The position numbers were made by a program, and so were the translations under genes. The notes under the pieces are model-generated. The model was not told the DNA's origin, searched no databases, and was given only the letters and a program-made list of their open reading frames with translations. This document shows, piece after piece, positions 1 through 9,872 of a stretch of 64,000 nucleotides of DNA. Source of the DNA: Massilia sp. (GTDB taxonomy: Bacteria > Pseudomonadota > Gammaproteobacteria > Burkholderiales > Burkholderiaceae_D); NCBI GenBank assembly GCA_032115075.1, contig DAMCRY010000001.1:19348-83347 (forward strand), given 5' to 3'. Numbering within the stretch: the first letter of the stretch is position 1; every line of letters starts with the position of its first letter.

Positions 1-177
1 AGCGTGTTCGTCCGGGAGAAAGAAGGGTTCGCGATCAAGCACGTTGTCCTCGGCGGTAACGCTGCCGGCTACGTCAAGGTGATGTCCGGCCTAGACGGCA
101 AGGAACAGATTGCGGTCAGCAATACTTATCTGCTGAAGGCGGAGCATGGCAAGGGAGAGGCAGGGGACGATGACTGA
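1..177 (+). CDS. C-terminal fragment of an RND periplasmic adaptor (CzcB/CnrB/NccB-like)
   Basis: Frame +1 reads SVFVREKEGFAIKHVVLG...VKVMSGLDGKEQIAVSNTYLLKAEHGKGEAGDDD*, which parallels the C-terminus of the CzcB in this window (EIVSGLASG...SFVVKAQQGKG). It lies directly upstream of an RND pump. Confidence 0.85.
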   Translation, partial: SVFVREKEGFAIKHVVLGGNAAGYVKVMSGLDGKEQIAVSNTYLLKAEHGKGEAGDDD

Positions 178-213
178 TTTCCTCATTCAACGGCTCCTGA
201 AGGATACCCAACC

Positions 214-3200
214 ATGATTGCTCGCATCGTCAACTTTTCCGTTGCGCGGCGGTGGCACGTCCTCATCGCCACCATCCTGCTGTCGATCCTCGGCGCATTC
301 GCACTGACGCGCCTGCCGATCGACGCGGTACCGGACATCACCAACACGCAGGTGCAGATCAACGTCGTCGCACCAGCGCTCGCGCCGGCCGACGTCGAAC
401 GGCAGGTCACCTATCCGATCGAAACGGCGTTTGCCGGCATTCCCGGACTGGAATCCACGCGCTCGCTGACCAGGCATGGATTTGCACAGGTCACGACGGT
501 CTTCAAGGACGGCACGGATATCTATTTTGCTCGCCAGCAGATGGCGGAGCGGCTGCGCGCCGTCGAGCGCAACTTGCCCCCGGGTGCTACCGCGAGCCTG
601 GGCCCGATCGCGACCGGGCTTGGCGACGTCTACATGTGGACGGTGGAGTATGCCTCCAAGCCGGCCCAGAAAGCCGGCACGTCGGCGGGCTTGCAGGCGG
701 ACGGCAGCTATATCACCCCGGAAGGGGAAGTGCTGCGCAGCGCTGCCGAGAAGGCGACCTACCTGCGCACGGTGCAGGACTGGATCGTCGCACCGCAGCT
801 CAAGAATACCGAAGGGCTGGCGGGCGTCGACGTCATCGGGGGCTACGTCAAGCAGTATGTGGTCACACCGGATCCGCAACGACTCGCGGCCCTGGGCATC
901 AGCCTGACGATGCTGGGCGAGGCACTGGAGCGCAATAACACGAGCGCCGGCGCCGGCGTCGTCGTCCAGAACGGCGAGGCCCTCACCGTCAAGGCCGATG
1001 CGCGCATCACCTCGTCGGAAGAACTGGCGAAGACCGTCATCACCACCCGTAACGGCACGCCCGTGCTGGTGTCGCACGTCGCTAGCGTCGGCCTGGGGCA
1101 GGAGCTGCGTTTCGGCTCGGCGTCCGAAGGCGGCCAGGAGGTCGTCGTCGGTACGGCCGTGATGCGCATTGGCGAGAACAGCCGGACCGTTGCCGCCGCC
1201 GTCGACGTCCGACTGAAGGAAATCGCACGTTCCCTGCCGCCCGACTTGCTGATCCGGCCAGTCCTCGACCGGACACGCCTGGTCGATGCCACCATCAAGA
1301 CCGTGGCAACCAACCTCACCGAGGGCGCGCTCCTGGTCATCGCGGTGCTGTTTGCACTTCTCGGAAACCTACGCGCGGCGCTGATTGCCGCGGCGGTCAT
1401 CCCGGTCACCATGCTGATGACCTCGGCCGGCATGCTCGAAGCGGGACTCTCCGCAAACCTGATGAGCCTTGGTGCGCTGGACTTTGGCCTGATCGTCGAT
1501 GGCGCCGTGATCATCGTGGAGAACGCGCTGCGCCGTATCGCCGAACGCCAGCACGCCACCGGCAGGATACTCACCAGGGCGGAGCGTCTCGATACCGTTG
1601 CCGCCGCCGCGCGCGAGATGATCCGGCCGAGCGTCTATGGCCAGGCGATCATCATTCTCGTCTACGTCCCCCTGTTGACGTTCCAGGGAGTGGAAGGCCG
1701 GATGTTCGCACCGATGGCGGTAACGGTGATCCTGGCCCTGGTATTCGCTTTCATCCTCTCGCTCACGTTCGTGCCGGCTGCGATCGCGCTGTGGCTTTCG
1801 CGCCATGTCGACGAAAAGGAAAACAAGCTGGTCAAGGCCGCCTCGTCGTCTTACGCGCCCTGGCTGGACCGCGCCCTTGCCAAACCCAAGCTGGTCGGCG
1901 TGCTGGCGGCTGCCGGTTTCGCGGGCGCGCTCGGCCTGTTCACGACGCTTGGACAGGAGTTTCTTCCGACCCTCGACGAGCAGGACGTGCTGCTGCAGGT
2001 CGCCCGCATTCCCGGCACCTCCCTGGACCAGAGCCAGGCGATGCAGTTCGCGGTCGAGAAAGCTGTCGGCAAGCTGCCCGAGGTAAAGCTGGTCTTCTCC
2101 CGAACGGGTACGGCTGAACTGGCCGCCGACCCGATGCCGCCGAATATCACGGACACCTTTGTCATCGTTAAAGACCGTTCGGAATGGCCGCAACCCGGGA
2201 TGAGCAAGGCCGAGCTGGTTGAGAAGATCGAGAAGGCGGTTGCAGGCATCCCGGGCCAGAACTACGAGCTGACCCAACCGATCCAGATGCGTTTCAATGA
2301 ACTGCTGGCGGGCGTGCGCGGCGACATCGCCGTCAAGGTGTATGGCGACGATTTCGACGCCATGCTCCGGACCGCCGAGCAGGTCGCCAGCAAGCTGCGT
2401 GCGGTCGAGGGCGCGGAAGACGTTCGGGTGGAGCAGGTGCAGGGGCTTCCGCTGCTCGATGTCCGCCTGGACCGCGACGCCATGGCCCGCGTCGGGCTGA
2501 CCGCCCAGGACGTGCACGACACCCTGGCGGCAGCCGTCGCAGGGCGTGAGGCCGGCTCGATCTACGAGGGGGACAGGCGCTTCGACGTCGTGGTGAAACT
2601 GGGCGAGAAGACCAGGAACGATGTCGAAGCCTTGCGCCTGTTGCCGGTGCTGACGCCGGGCGGCAGCTTCGTGCCGCTGGGGTCGGTGGCCGCGCTGGAG
2701 ACGGCCAAGGGACCGAACCAGATCAGCCGCGAGAACGGCAAGCGCCGGGTCGTCGTTCAGGCCAACGTGCGCGGACGCGACATCGCCGGCGTGGTCGGCG
2801 AAGCGCGCGCAAGCATCAACGCGGACGTGCGGGTGCCCGCCGGCGTATGGCTCGCCTGGGGCGGGCAGTTCGAGAACCTCGAGCGTGCGCGGATGCGCCT
2901 GGCGGTCGTGGTACCGGCCTGCTTCGCGCTCATCGTCCTGTTGCTGTACTCGGCCGTCGGTTCCTGGCGCGCTGCCGCGGTCGTGTTCACGGGTGTGCCT
3001 CTCGCCCTGATCGGGGGTATCGCCGCACTCTGGCTGCGTGGCCTGCCATTTTCGATTTCGGCAGCCGTCGGATTCATCGCACTGTCCGGCGTTGCCGTCC
3101 TCAATGGGCTGGTGATGGCGGGTTCGATCGACGACCTGGCGAAACAGCTTCCGTGGGCGCAGGCGGTGCGCGAAGGTGCGCTGCGGCGCCTGCGCCCCGT

Positions 3201-3399
3201 TTTGATGACGGCACTGGTCGCGTCGCTGGGCTTCGTCCCGATGGCATTGGCAACCGGCGCCGGCGCCGAGGTGCAGCGCCCGTTGGCCACCGTCGTGATC
3301 GGCGGCCTGATCTCCGCCACGATCCTGACGCTGTTCGTGCTGCCGACGCTTTACCAGCGCTTCGCCCGTCCGCCGGAGAACGTGGCGGAGGGAATTTGA
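214..3399 (+). CDS. CzcA-family heavy-metal RND pump, CnrA/NccA-like (Ni/Co/Cd)
   Basis: 1061 aa with LPIDAVPDITNTQVQI, ALDFGLIVDGAVIIVEN and RLRPVLMTA. It carries the GLQADGSYITPEGEVL...YLRTVQDW insertion, absent from the czcA at 19414 and recalled as typical of CnrA/NccA. Confidence 0.9.
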   Translation: MIARIVNFSVARRWHVLIATILLSILGAFALTRLPIDAVPDITNTQVQINVVAPALAPADVERQVTYPIETAFAGIPGLESTRSLTRHGFAQVTTVFKDGTDIYFARQQMAERLRAVERNLPPGATASLGPIATGLGDVYMWTVEYASKPAQKAGTSAGLQADGSYITPEGEVLRSAAEKATYLRTVQDWIVAPQLKNTEGLAGVDVIGGYVKQYVVTPDPQRLAALGISLTMLGEALERNNTSAGAGVVVQNGEALTVKADARITSSEELAKTVITTRNGTPVLVSHVASVGLGQELRFGSASEGGQEVVVGTAVMRIGENSRTVAAAVDVRLKEIARSLPPDLLIRPVLDRTRLVDATIKTVATNLTEGALLVIAVLFALLGNLRAALIAAAVIPVTMLMTSAGMLEAGLSANLMSLGALDFGLIVDGAVIIVENALRRIAERQHATGRILTRAERLDTVAAAAREMIRPSVYGQAIIILVYVPLLTFQGVEGRMFAPMAVTVILALVFAFILSLTFVPAAIALWLSRHVDEKENKLVKAASSSYAPWLDRALAKPKLVGVLAAAGFAGALGLFTTLGQEFLPTLDEQDVLLQVARIPGTSLDQSQAMQFAVEKAVGKLPEVKLVFSRTGTAELAADPMPPNITDTFVIVKDRSEWPQPGMSKAELVEKIEKAVAGIPGQNYELTQPIQMRFNELLAGVRGDIAVKVYGDDFDAMLRTAEQVASKLRAVEGAEDVRVEQVQGLPLLDVRLDRDAMARVGLTAQDVHDTLAAAVAGREAGSIYEGDRRFDVVVKLGEKTRNDVEALRLLPVLTPGGSFVPLGSVAALETAKGPNQISRENGKRRVVVQANVRGRDIAGVVGEARASINADVRVPAGVWLAWGGQFENLERARMRLAVVVPACFALIVLLLYSAVGSWRAAAVVFTGVPLALIGGIAALWLRGLPFSISAAVGFIALSGVAVLNGLVMAGSIDDLAKQLPWAQAVREGALRRLRPVLMTALVASLGFVPMALATGAGAEVQRPLATVVIGGLISATILTLFVLPTLYQRFARPPENVAEGI

Positions 3400-3447
3400 A
3401 CAATCCAGTAGAGTGAACGCAACGACTCGGACATTGGAAGGAATCAC

Positions 3448-4884
3448 ATGAAAGCGCAATACGACCTGGTCATCGTTGGCGCGGGTTCAGGCGGTTACAT
3501 CGCCGCAATCCGCGCCGGACAACTCGGCTTGTCCGTGGCCTGCATCGAATCGAATCCTTACGCCGCACCCGACGGCCAGGCGCGCCCTGGAGGAACCTGT
3601 CTGAACGTGGGATGCATCCCATCCAAGGCATTGCTTGCGTCGAGCCACCTGTACGAACAGGTCCTGCACCACACTGCCGAGCACGGTATCACCACCGGCG
3701 GCGCGGCAATCGACATCGACAAGATGATCGACCGGAAGGACGGGGTGGTCTCTAAGATGGCCAAGGGGATCGAATACCTATTCAAGAAGAACAAGGTCGA
3801 CTTTATCAAGGCGCGGGCGCGCTTCGTCGGGATGCAGGACGGGGTGTATTCCCTGGAGGTCTCGGGCCAGGATTCCGTGCAGCAGATCAGCGCGCGTAAC
3901 GTGATTATCGCCACCGGGTCGAAGCCGCGCCAGCTGCCGGGCACCCGGATCGACAATTCGATCATCTGCGACAACGCCGGAGCGCTCGATTTCCGCGAGG
4001 TGCCGAAACGCCTGTGTGTGGTTGGTGCCGGCGTGATCGGTCTCGAGCTGGGATCAGTGTGGCGGCGCCTGGGTGCGGATGTCACCCTGCTCGACGCCAT
4101 GCCGGACTTCCTGCCGGGCTGCGACAGCGCCGTGTCCAGGGAAATGCTCAAGCTGATGTCTGGCCAGGCGCTGAAATTCGACCTTGGCGTGGCCATCGAC
4201 AGCATCGCACTCAGCGGCGGTGGGGCGCAAATTTCGTATCGCGACCGTGCCGGCGCCGCCAAGGAGCTCGCTTGCGACAAGGTGATCGTAGCGATCGGGC
4301 GCGTGCCGAATACGGATGGCTTGGGAATCGAGGCAATTGGCCTGGAGCTTGACCAGCGCGGCTACGTGCCGGTCGATGAACACTGCCGGACGACATTGCC
4401 GAACCTGTTTGCCATCGGTGACGTCGTGCGCGGGCCAATGCTTGCGCACAAGGCTGGGGAAGAGGGAATCATGGTCGCCGAGATCGTCGCAGGGCAATCC
4501 GGGCACGTGAATTACGCCGCCATCCCCTTCATCATCTATACGAGTCCGGAAGCCGCGTGGGTTGGCAAGACGGAGCAGGAATTGGCCCGCGAAGGACGCG
4601 CATTCAAATCGGGACAGTTCCCTTTCTCGGCCAATGGACGCGCACTCGGCCACGGCGACACCCAAGGGTTTGTCAAGGTCCTGGCCGATGCGGAGTCGGA
4701 CCTTGTGCTGGGCGTGCATATCGTCAGCTCGCTCGCGTCGGAAATGATCGGTGAAGCGGCAATGGCGCTCGAGTTTTCGGCGTCTTCGGAGGACATCGCC
4801 CGGATCTGCCACGCGCACCCGACATTGTATGAAGCAGTCAGGGAAGCGTCGCTCGCTGTCGACAAGCGTGCGCTGAACATCTGA
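3448..4884 (+). CDS. lpdA: Dihydrolipoamide dehydrogenase
   Basis: GAGSGG FAD motif, GGTCLNVGCIPSK redox disulfide, GAGVIGLE NAD motif, C-terminal HAHPTLYE His-Glu. No terminal Cys-Cys pair as in MerA. Confidence 0.92.
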   Translation: MKAQYDLVIVGAGSGGYIAAIRAGQLGLSVACIESNPYAAPDGQARPGGTCLNVGCIPSKALLASSHLYEQVLHHTAEHGITTGGAAIDIDKMIDRKDGVVSKMAKGIEYLFKKNKVDFIKARARFVGMQDGVYSLEVSGQDSVQQISARNVIIATGSKPRQLPGTRIDNSIICDNAGALDFREVPKRLCVVGAGVIGLELGSVWRRLGADVTLLDAMPDFLPGCDSAVSREMLKLMSGQALKFDLGVAIDSIALSGGGAQISYRDRAGAAKELACDKVIVAIGRVPNTDGLGIEAIGLELDQRGYVPVDEHCRTTLPNLFAIGDVVRGPMLAHKAGEEGIMVAEIVAGQSGHVNYAAIPFIIYTSPEAAWVGKTEQELAREGRAFKSGQFPFSANGRALGHGDTQGFVKVLADAESDLVLGVHIVSSLASEMIGEAAMALEFSASSEDIARICHAHPTLYEAVREASLAVDKRALNI

Positions 4885-4908
4885 CCGTCAACTGTTTAGG
4901 AACAGATA

Positions 4909-5412
4909 GTGGCCAAACCCTTTTCACCGCTCGCCGCCGTATCGGTCGCCGGGCTGATCGCCCTTGCCGACCTGGTCACCAAGGCCGCGATCGTCCAACT
5001 TCTGGCCTACGGCCAGCAGATCGACTTGTTCCCCTTGCTGAACATCGTCCATGCTATCAACCAGGGAGCGGCGTTCGGTCTTCTGGCCACGGCTGGCGGA
5101 TGGCAACGCTACCTTTTCATCGTTGTAGCCGTACTCGCGTCGATCCTGATCGTCCGGATGATCCGGAAACCGGAAACAGGCTCCGCGGAAAGGATCGCTC
5201 TGGCCATGATCCTCGGCGGAGCGGTTGGCAATCTCGTTGACCGAACTGCGCGGATGGGCGTCGTTGACTGGATCGATGTGCATGTAGGAGCGCATCACTG
5301 GCCAGCTTTCAACATCGCCGATATCGGGATCACGGTCGGCGCCGCGGTCATCGTGTTGCACGCGCTGTTCGGTGACCGCGCAGCGCCTTCGGTATCCGAC
5401 AAGACCCGGTAG
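4909..5412 (+). CDS. lspA: Lipoprotein signal peptidase II
   Basis: NQGAAFG, GAVGNLVDR, VVDWI and WPAFNIAD motifs; GTG start. Confidence 0.92.
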   Translation: MAKPFSPLAAVSVAGLIALADLVTKAAIVQLLAYGQQIDLFPLLNIVHAINQGAAFGLLATAGGWQRYLFIVVAVLASILIVRMIRKPETGSAERIALAMILGGAVGNLVDRTARMGVVDWIDVHVGAHHWPAFNIADIGITVGAAVIVLHALFGDRAAPSVSDKTR

Positions 5413-5614
5413 TCATCGCCCCCCCTGGGCGCGCACTGCCGCCGGAAGCATGGCCAGTTGCGCGGGGCGGTCTGAACAGGGCGACGATCCGGCCCCCACA
5501 GAACAAAGATAATCAGATCTACAACAATTCGAGACCCATGTTTTTGCCCGGCGGGCGTTGTAAAATTTGCAATACTCCAGTGTTCTCTTCCGTAACCGAG
5601 CAGTCAACGACTCC

Positions 5615-5935
5615 ATGAAGCGCCTGTTTCTGATCATATTGCTCGCGCTTTTGCCCTTACAGACTGGCTGGGCGGCAGGATGGTGCGTGATTTCCGACGA
5701 AGCGTCGGCCACCGCAGCGGTATCCGATGTAACCGGCGCTGAAAATCCAATAGAAGTGCTGTTCGATGCTGGCTGCAGCGCGACTTGTGTATCGGCATGC
5801 GACTTGCAGCCGCTCGGCAGCGGTGCTTCCTTGATCGAATGGTCAGGGCAGTCGCGCTCCTGCCCCGCCAGCCGTAGTCAACTAAATTACCAGTCTCCAG
5901 TACTGGACGGCCCGATTCGGCCGAAATGGCGCTGA
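5615..5935 (+). CDS. CzcI/CopL-like small leader protein (signal-like N-terminus, Cys cluster, C-terminal GPIRPKW)
   Basis: From ATG 5615: MKRLFLIILLALLPLQTGWAAGWC...GCSATCVSAC...QSPVLDGPIRPKWR. Same architecture as czcI at 25232. Confidence 0.65.
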   Translation: MKRLFLIILLALLPLQTGWAAGWCVISDEASATAAVSDVTGAENPIEVLFDAGCSATCVSACDLQPLGSGASLIEWSGQSRSCPASRSQLNYQSPVLDGPIRPKWR

Positions 5936-6211
5936 TCATCGAAGCCGGCAACTTCCGTCTGCGCCTGATGGCTAATCGTGCACAAGCACTGCACGACTCC
6001 ATCCGTCTCTACAAATCAAGCAGCGGCATCTGACCAAGCCGATGCGCAGTTGTGCGAGTCACGGGCGTGGACCGTGCCGTAGCAATTTGCGCTTCCCGGC
6101 AATTCAGATGCATCGCGTGCATACGTGGCTTACTGACGACCACGGCGGTCAATAATCGGCCACGTCGAGAGTCAGTGTGCTTGAAAATCAAACGCTCAAC
6201 AGGAAAATTCA

Positions 6212-6574
6212 ATGAAAACTCACATCAACTTCGTATCCGCAGTACTTCTCGCGTGCATGTTCGTTCCACTCGACTCGCGGGCCAATGAGGGGGACATACC
6301 CGCGAGGAGCGCTGCAGAAGCGAAGACTGGTCGAGCAGCACCGTTCGGATACGCCGCCAATGCAGCGCCTGACCGCGTTATCACAATAGTGGCAGGCAAG
6401 ACCAGATCGATTCACGTCACGCGACTCGAGACTGTCCGTATCGTGGATGGCTCAAGAAGCGTTACCTGGACGTTCGATACGCTCGGCGTAGCGCCGATCC
6501 CGTTGGCGAACATCCTTGCTGACGCATCGAAGGTAATGATTTATGTTGAGGAAAATCCGATGTACGCTAACTAA
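6212..6574 (+). CDS. czcE: CzcE-family periplasmic metal-binding protein
   Basis: Signal peptide, then FGYAANAAPDRVITIVAGKTRSIHVTRLETVRI...TWTFDT...IYVEENPMY, a pattern recalled from CzcE. Confidence 0.7.
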   Translation: MKTHINFVSAVLLACMFVPLDSRANEGDIPARSAAEAKTGRAAPFGYAANAAPDRVITIVAGKTRSIHVTRLETVRIVDGSRSVTWTFDTLGVAPIPLANILADASKVMIYVEENPMYAN

Positions 6575-6612
6575 TCTCAACTATTGGTGATCACATAAGA
6601 TCGCTATCTTCC

Positions 6613-6638
6613 GTTCGATGCCGCTCGCGGCATCGAAC
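6613..6638. terminator. Stem-loop between the convergent czcE and acr3-like genes
   Basis: GTTCGATGCCG-CTCG-CGGCATCGAAC, a perfect 11-bp stem; no clear U-tract. Confidence 0.5.
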
Positions 6639-6763
6639 CGCGTTAAAAGCTTGCCATTCGTGCGTTCGCGACCTTGCCACAGCCCCGAAAACCTATGTGT
6701 AAATGCTGTGAAATATGATCAGCGTTGAAGCTATAAACTTCCTGGTTTGGCGGCAAGCCTTTT

Positions 6764-7735
6764 CTAGCGCGAGTTCGATCGTCCCTTGATCAAAGCAGGG
6801 ATTGCACGAACATAGACCAGTTCACTGCCCAGTTCGATCAGGGTTTGTGTGATCACAGCCGCCGCCGCAATTCCACGCATATCTTCGGGTAACGCGAGCG
6901 CGAGTGGCAGCACTACCAGGGAATTGCGCGTAGACGCGCTGAAGGTCACGGCGCGAGCCGCTGCTACCGGCAGTTTGAACATGCGCGACGTGATGGCTCC
7001 TATCAGTGGGGCGAGTACCATGAAGCCAATATAAACCGGAATGACCGGCACCAATTGCTCGATCTCCCTGATGATCGCCCCGATCTGCGAACCGATGACG
7101 ACGACCAGCACTGCGGCCATGGCAGGGACCGGAAGCCAGGCCCATCCAGTATTCCATTTCTCGACGATGGACGATCGCTTCGCCAGCCCGGCAGTAGCCA
7201 CTGCAAGCAACAGCGGAGCCACGATCAGCAGCAGGAATGCGTCGACAAACGGCGCGACAGCGATGACGACCCCGGATTCGCCGCCAGTCATTACGCTAAG
7301 GTAGATGGGCAGAAGGAGCAGCTGAAGCAGAAGCAGGATTGGCGTAGCGGCCAGGGTCAGGCGCGAGTCGCCTTTCCCGAGATGAGTGAATACGACGACG
7401 TAGTCAATGCATGGCGTCAGCAGGACCAGGAGAGCGCCGATGAGCAGTGCAGGACGATCGCTCAGTCCACGCGTCAAGACCCATACCAGAAGCGGTATCA
7501 GCACAAAATTGGCGACCAGAACCGCAGATATGAACGCTCTACTACCCAAGCCCTGTCTTAGCTCGAGAAAGGGAATCTGCAGGAACATTGCATACATCAG
7601 GACCGCAATGGCCGGTGTCACCAACAGCTCAAGCCTGGCCGCAGCATCAGGCGCAAGGATACCCCCGAGCACGGCCAAGGCGGCGCTTACAACATAGACT
7701 GGAATCTGGTTCCGTTCCAGGCTTTCGCGATTCAA
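6764..7735 (-). CDS. Acr3/BART-family (arsenic resistance-like) membrane transporter
   Basis: Multi-TM protein with LMYAMF, TPCIDYVVVFT and RNSLVVLPLA. A TTG start at 7735 follows the RBS GGAGGT. Confidence 0.8.
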   Translation of the reverse strand: MNRESLERNQIPVYVVSAALAVLGGILAPDAAARLELLVTPAIAVLMYAMFLQIPFLELRQGLGSRAFISAVLVANFVLIPLLVWVLTRGLSDRPALLIGALLVLLTPCIDYVVVFTHLGKGDSRLTLAATPILLLLQLLLLPIYLSVMTGGESGVVIAVAPFVDAFLLLIVAPLLLAVATAGLAKRSSIVEKWNTGWAWLPVPAMAAVLVVVIGSQIGAIIREIEQLVPVIPVYIGFMVLAPLIGAITSRMFKLPVAAARAVTFSASTRNSLVVLPLALALPEDMRGIAAAAVITQTLIELGSELVYVRAIPALIKGRSNSR

Positions 7736-7813
7736 GCTGTTTACCTCCCGGCGAAAACGTGATGATTGGCCGGCAGGCATCGGCCGCGACGCCTGCTGCG
7801 AGCCATTCGACGA

Positions 7814-9742
7814 CTATTTGCGGACCTTCATCAGATTGAAGCCGAAGCCAAGACCAGCCGCCAGGAGCAAGGCCAGTTGCGCCGCATAAGTCTGCATCGT
7901 CGGGTAGAGGCCCAGAACAGGCATGCGCGGTCCCGTGACCGGTGTGGCGGTCAGCCATCCGGCTTCCTGCAGCCCTGCGATCCCTTTTCCGACCAGGACA
8001 ACTGCCAGGGCGGCCACCAGCACGGAGCTGAACGAGAAGAATTTACCGATCGGCATGCGGGCACTGGTACGCAGGAAAATCATGGCGATCCCGGACAGCA
8101 GGACCAGGCCTGTAACGAATCCTGCCAACAGGGCGGGGCCGTTGCCGTCGGCGGCGAGCGCCGAGTAGAACAGGACCGTTTCGAAGACTTCCCGGTATAC
8201 CGCGATGAACGCCAGGGCAAACAAGGCCCATGCGGAGCGTTTTTCCATTGCCGCCGTCAGATGCTGCTTGAGGTAAGCTTGCCATTGTCCTGCCTGGCCT
8301 TTCTGGTGCATCCATAGCCCGACCGACAGCAGCACCGCGGCGGCGAAGAGCGACGAGAGGCCCTCGGTCACTTCACGGCTTGCACCACTGATGCTGACCA
8401 CATAAGTGGCCACCACCCATGTCAAGGCGCCTGCCGCCAGCGCCGAGATCCAGCCGGCGTGCACGTAGTGCAAGGCTTGTGGACGCTCCGCTTTGCGGAG
8501 GAACGCGACCATCGCGATCACGATCAACAGGGCTTCGACACCTTCGCGCAGGAGAATGGTCAGCGCGCCCACGAACACCGTCGTCGCGTCGGTCTTGTTC
8601 GCGCCGGTAAGCTCCTCGACACGTACGAAATACGCGTCCAGCTGCCCGGCATATTCGGTCGCACGTAACACGTTGCCTTGTGCAACCGCGCCCCGGTACA
8701 GCTGCATGGTTCGCTCCACGTCGACCAGGAGCTGGCGGTCAGTCGCGTCGAGCCTTGCCTCGAGCGGCTCGAAGCCGTCCAGATAGGCCGATAAAGCAAG
8801 CTCGGTGGCCTTCGCCCGCTGGTTATTCTTCAAGGCATCCAGGCTGTCCTGCAGCAGTTTGCGCGCGAGGACGATGCCCTTGCGTTCCTGCTGCTCCTGG
8901 ACCGCCCCGGGGTGGGTGCGTGCGTAGGCCAGAACCGCCCGCGCGGTCGACGGTGAGCCTGCCTTCGCCAGTTCTTCTTCGGTTGCCGTCACGAGCGTGT
9001 TCATGTCGGGAATCGTTGCGGACGCGGCGCTGTTCTGTGCGAATGCAGACTCTCCGGCTGCGATGTCCGTGTCCTTGAACGCCAGGCTGCCGACATAGAA
9101 CGCCAGAGACCAGCGGTCATGCTCGGACAAGCCTGCAAAGGCCGGCATCGATGTGCCCTCGACACCCTGGCTGATGACCTGATACAGGGCCATGAGAGAG
9201 CGCGAGCGGGCTCTTTCCTCATCGGTAAATGCGATTGGTTTGGGTTCGAGCTTGGCCGCGAGTGCCCCATCGCCGGCGCCGGTCGCTCCATGGCATGAAG
9301 CGCATTGCGCCTGGTACAGCGCCGCACCGCGGGCCAGATCGGGCAGGGCGCGCGGCGCAACAGGGAAGGGGTAGGCCTGCAGCAGCAAACGGTTTGCCTC
9401 GCGCGCAAGCTGGGCAACCTGTTGCGGCGATTCCTTGCGCTCGACCGCCTGCTTTAGTTTGATGGTGGCAGCGGCCAGTTCTGCATGCAGGGGATGCGGA
9501 GGTAATGCCTTCACCTGGTTCTGCGCGCGCGTCGAGAACTCCTGCATTTCGCCGTATTCGAGTTCGCTGACAATCGCTCCGTTCTGGACCGCGCCGGCGT
9601 AATCGACGGCGACATAATCGAGCAACTGCCAGAGCTGTCGGACTTCCGCTTCCGATGATGTGGGATTAGCGTGTGTCGTACCGATCACGCAGCAGCAGAA
9701 CATTACGAAGGCGATTAGCCGACGCCAAATGGGGTACGTCAT
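7814..9742 (-). CDS. pbrT: PbrT-like cytochrome c/FTR1-family metal permease
   Basis: QLLDYVAVDY N-terminus, CASCH heme-c motif, and two RExxE motifs (LLREGVE, YREVFE) in the FTR1 domain; adjacent to pbrR. Confidence 0.88.
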   Translation of the reverse strand: MTYPIWRRLIAFVMFCCCVIGTTHANPTSSEAEVRQLWQLLDYVAVDYAGAVQNGAIVSELEYGEMQEFSTRAQNQVKALPPHPLHAELAAATIKLKQAVERKESPQQVAQLAREANRLLLQAYPFPVAPRALPDLARGAALYQAQCASCHGATGAGDGALAAKLEPKPIAFTDEERARSRSLMALYQVISQGVEGTSMPAFAGLSEHDRWSLAFYVGSLAFKDTDIAAGESAFAQNSAASATIPDMNTLVTATEEELAKAGSPSTARAVLAYARTHPGAVQEQQERKGIVLARKLLQDSLDALKNNQRAKATELALSAYLDGFEPLEARLDATDRQLLVDVERTMQLYRGAVAQGNVLRATEYAGQLDAYFVRVEELTGANKTDATTVFVGALTILLREGVEALLIVIAMVAFLRKAERPQALHYVHAGWISALAAGALTWVVATYVVSISGASREVTEGLSSLFAAAVLLSVGLWMHQKGQAGQWQAYLKQHLTAAMEKRSAWALFALAFIAVYREVFETVLFYSALAADGNGPALLAGFVTGLVLLSGIAMIFLRTSARMPIGKFFSFSSVLVAALAVVLVGKGIAGLQEAGWLTATPVTGPRMPVLGLYPTMQTYAAQLALLLAAGLGFGFNLMKVRK

Positions 9743-9777
9743 ATCGGGATACTTGTCTTCAGGTTCGAGAACCTGAT

Positions 9778-9808
9778 ATTAAACACCTTCTAGCTACTTG
9801 AAGGTCAA
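9778..9808 (-). promoter_or_regulatory. MerR-type (PbrR/CadR-like) promoter/operator for pbrT
   Basis: Minus strand TTGACC-19 nt-TTTAAT, with the dyad ACCTTCAAG-TAG-CTAGAAGGT overlapping the -35 and spacer. Confidence 0.75.
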
Positions 9809-9872
9809 GCGCATTGTTCCGGCTGTTCGCTGATTCGGCAATGCAGTGATGGCGCGGAAAGTCCAGGGCTGG

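Noticed and set aside
1369..3459. Long antisense or alternative-frame ORFs (for example 1369-3459, 11046-12662, 21145-22536, 35532-37061, 49620-51230, 51085-52587)
   Set aside because: They are shadows of well-supported genes in high-GC DNA, with no motifs and biased composition.
3448..4884. The flavoprotein as the missing MerA
   Set aside because: It has the LpdA HAHPTxxE motif and lacks the MerA C-terminal Cys-Cys pair and NmerA domain; it is also far from the mer operator.
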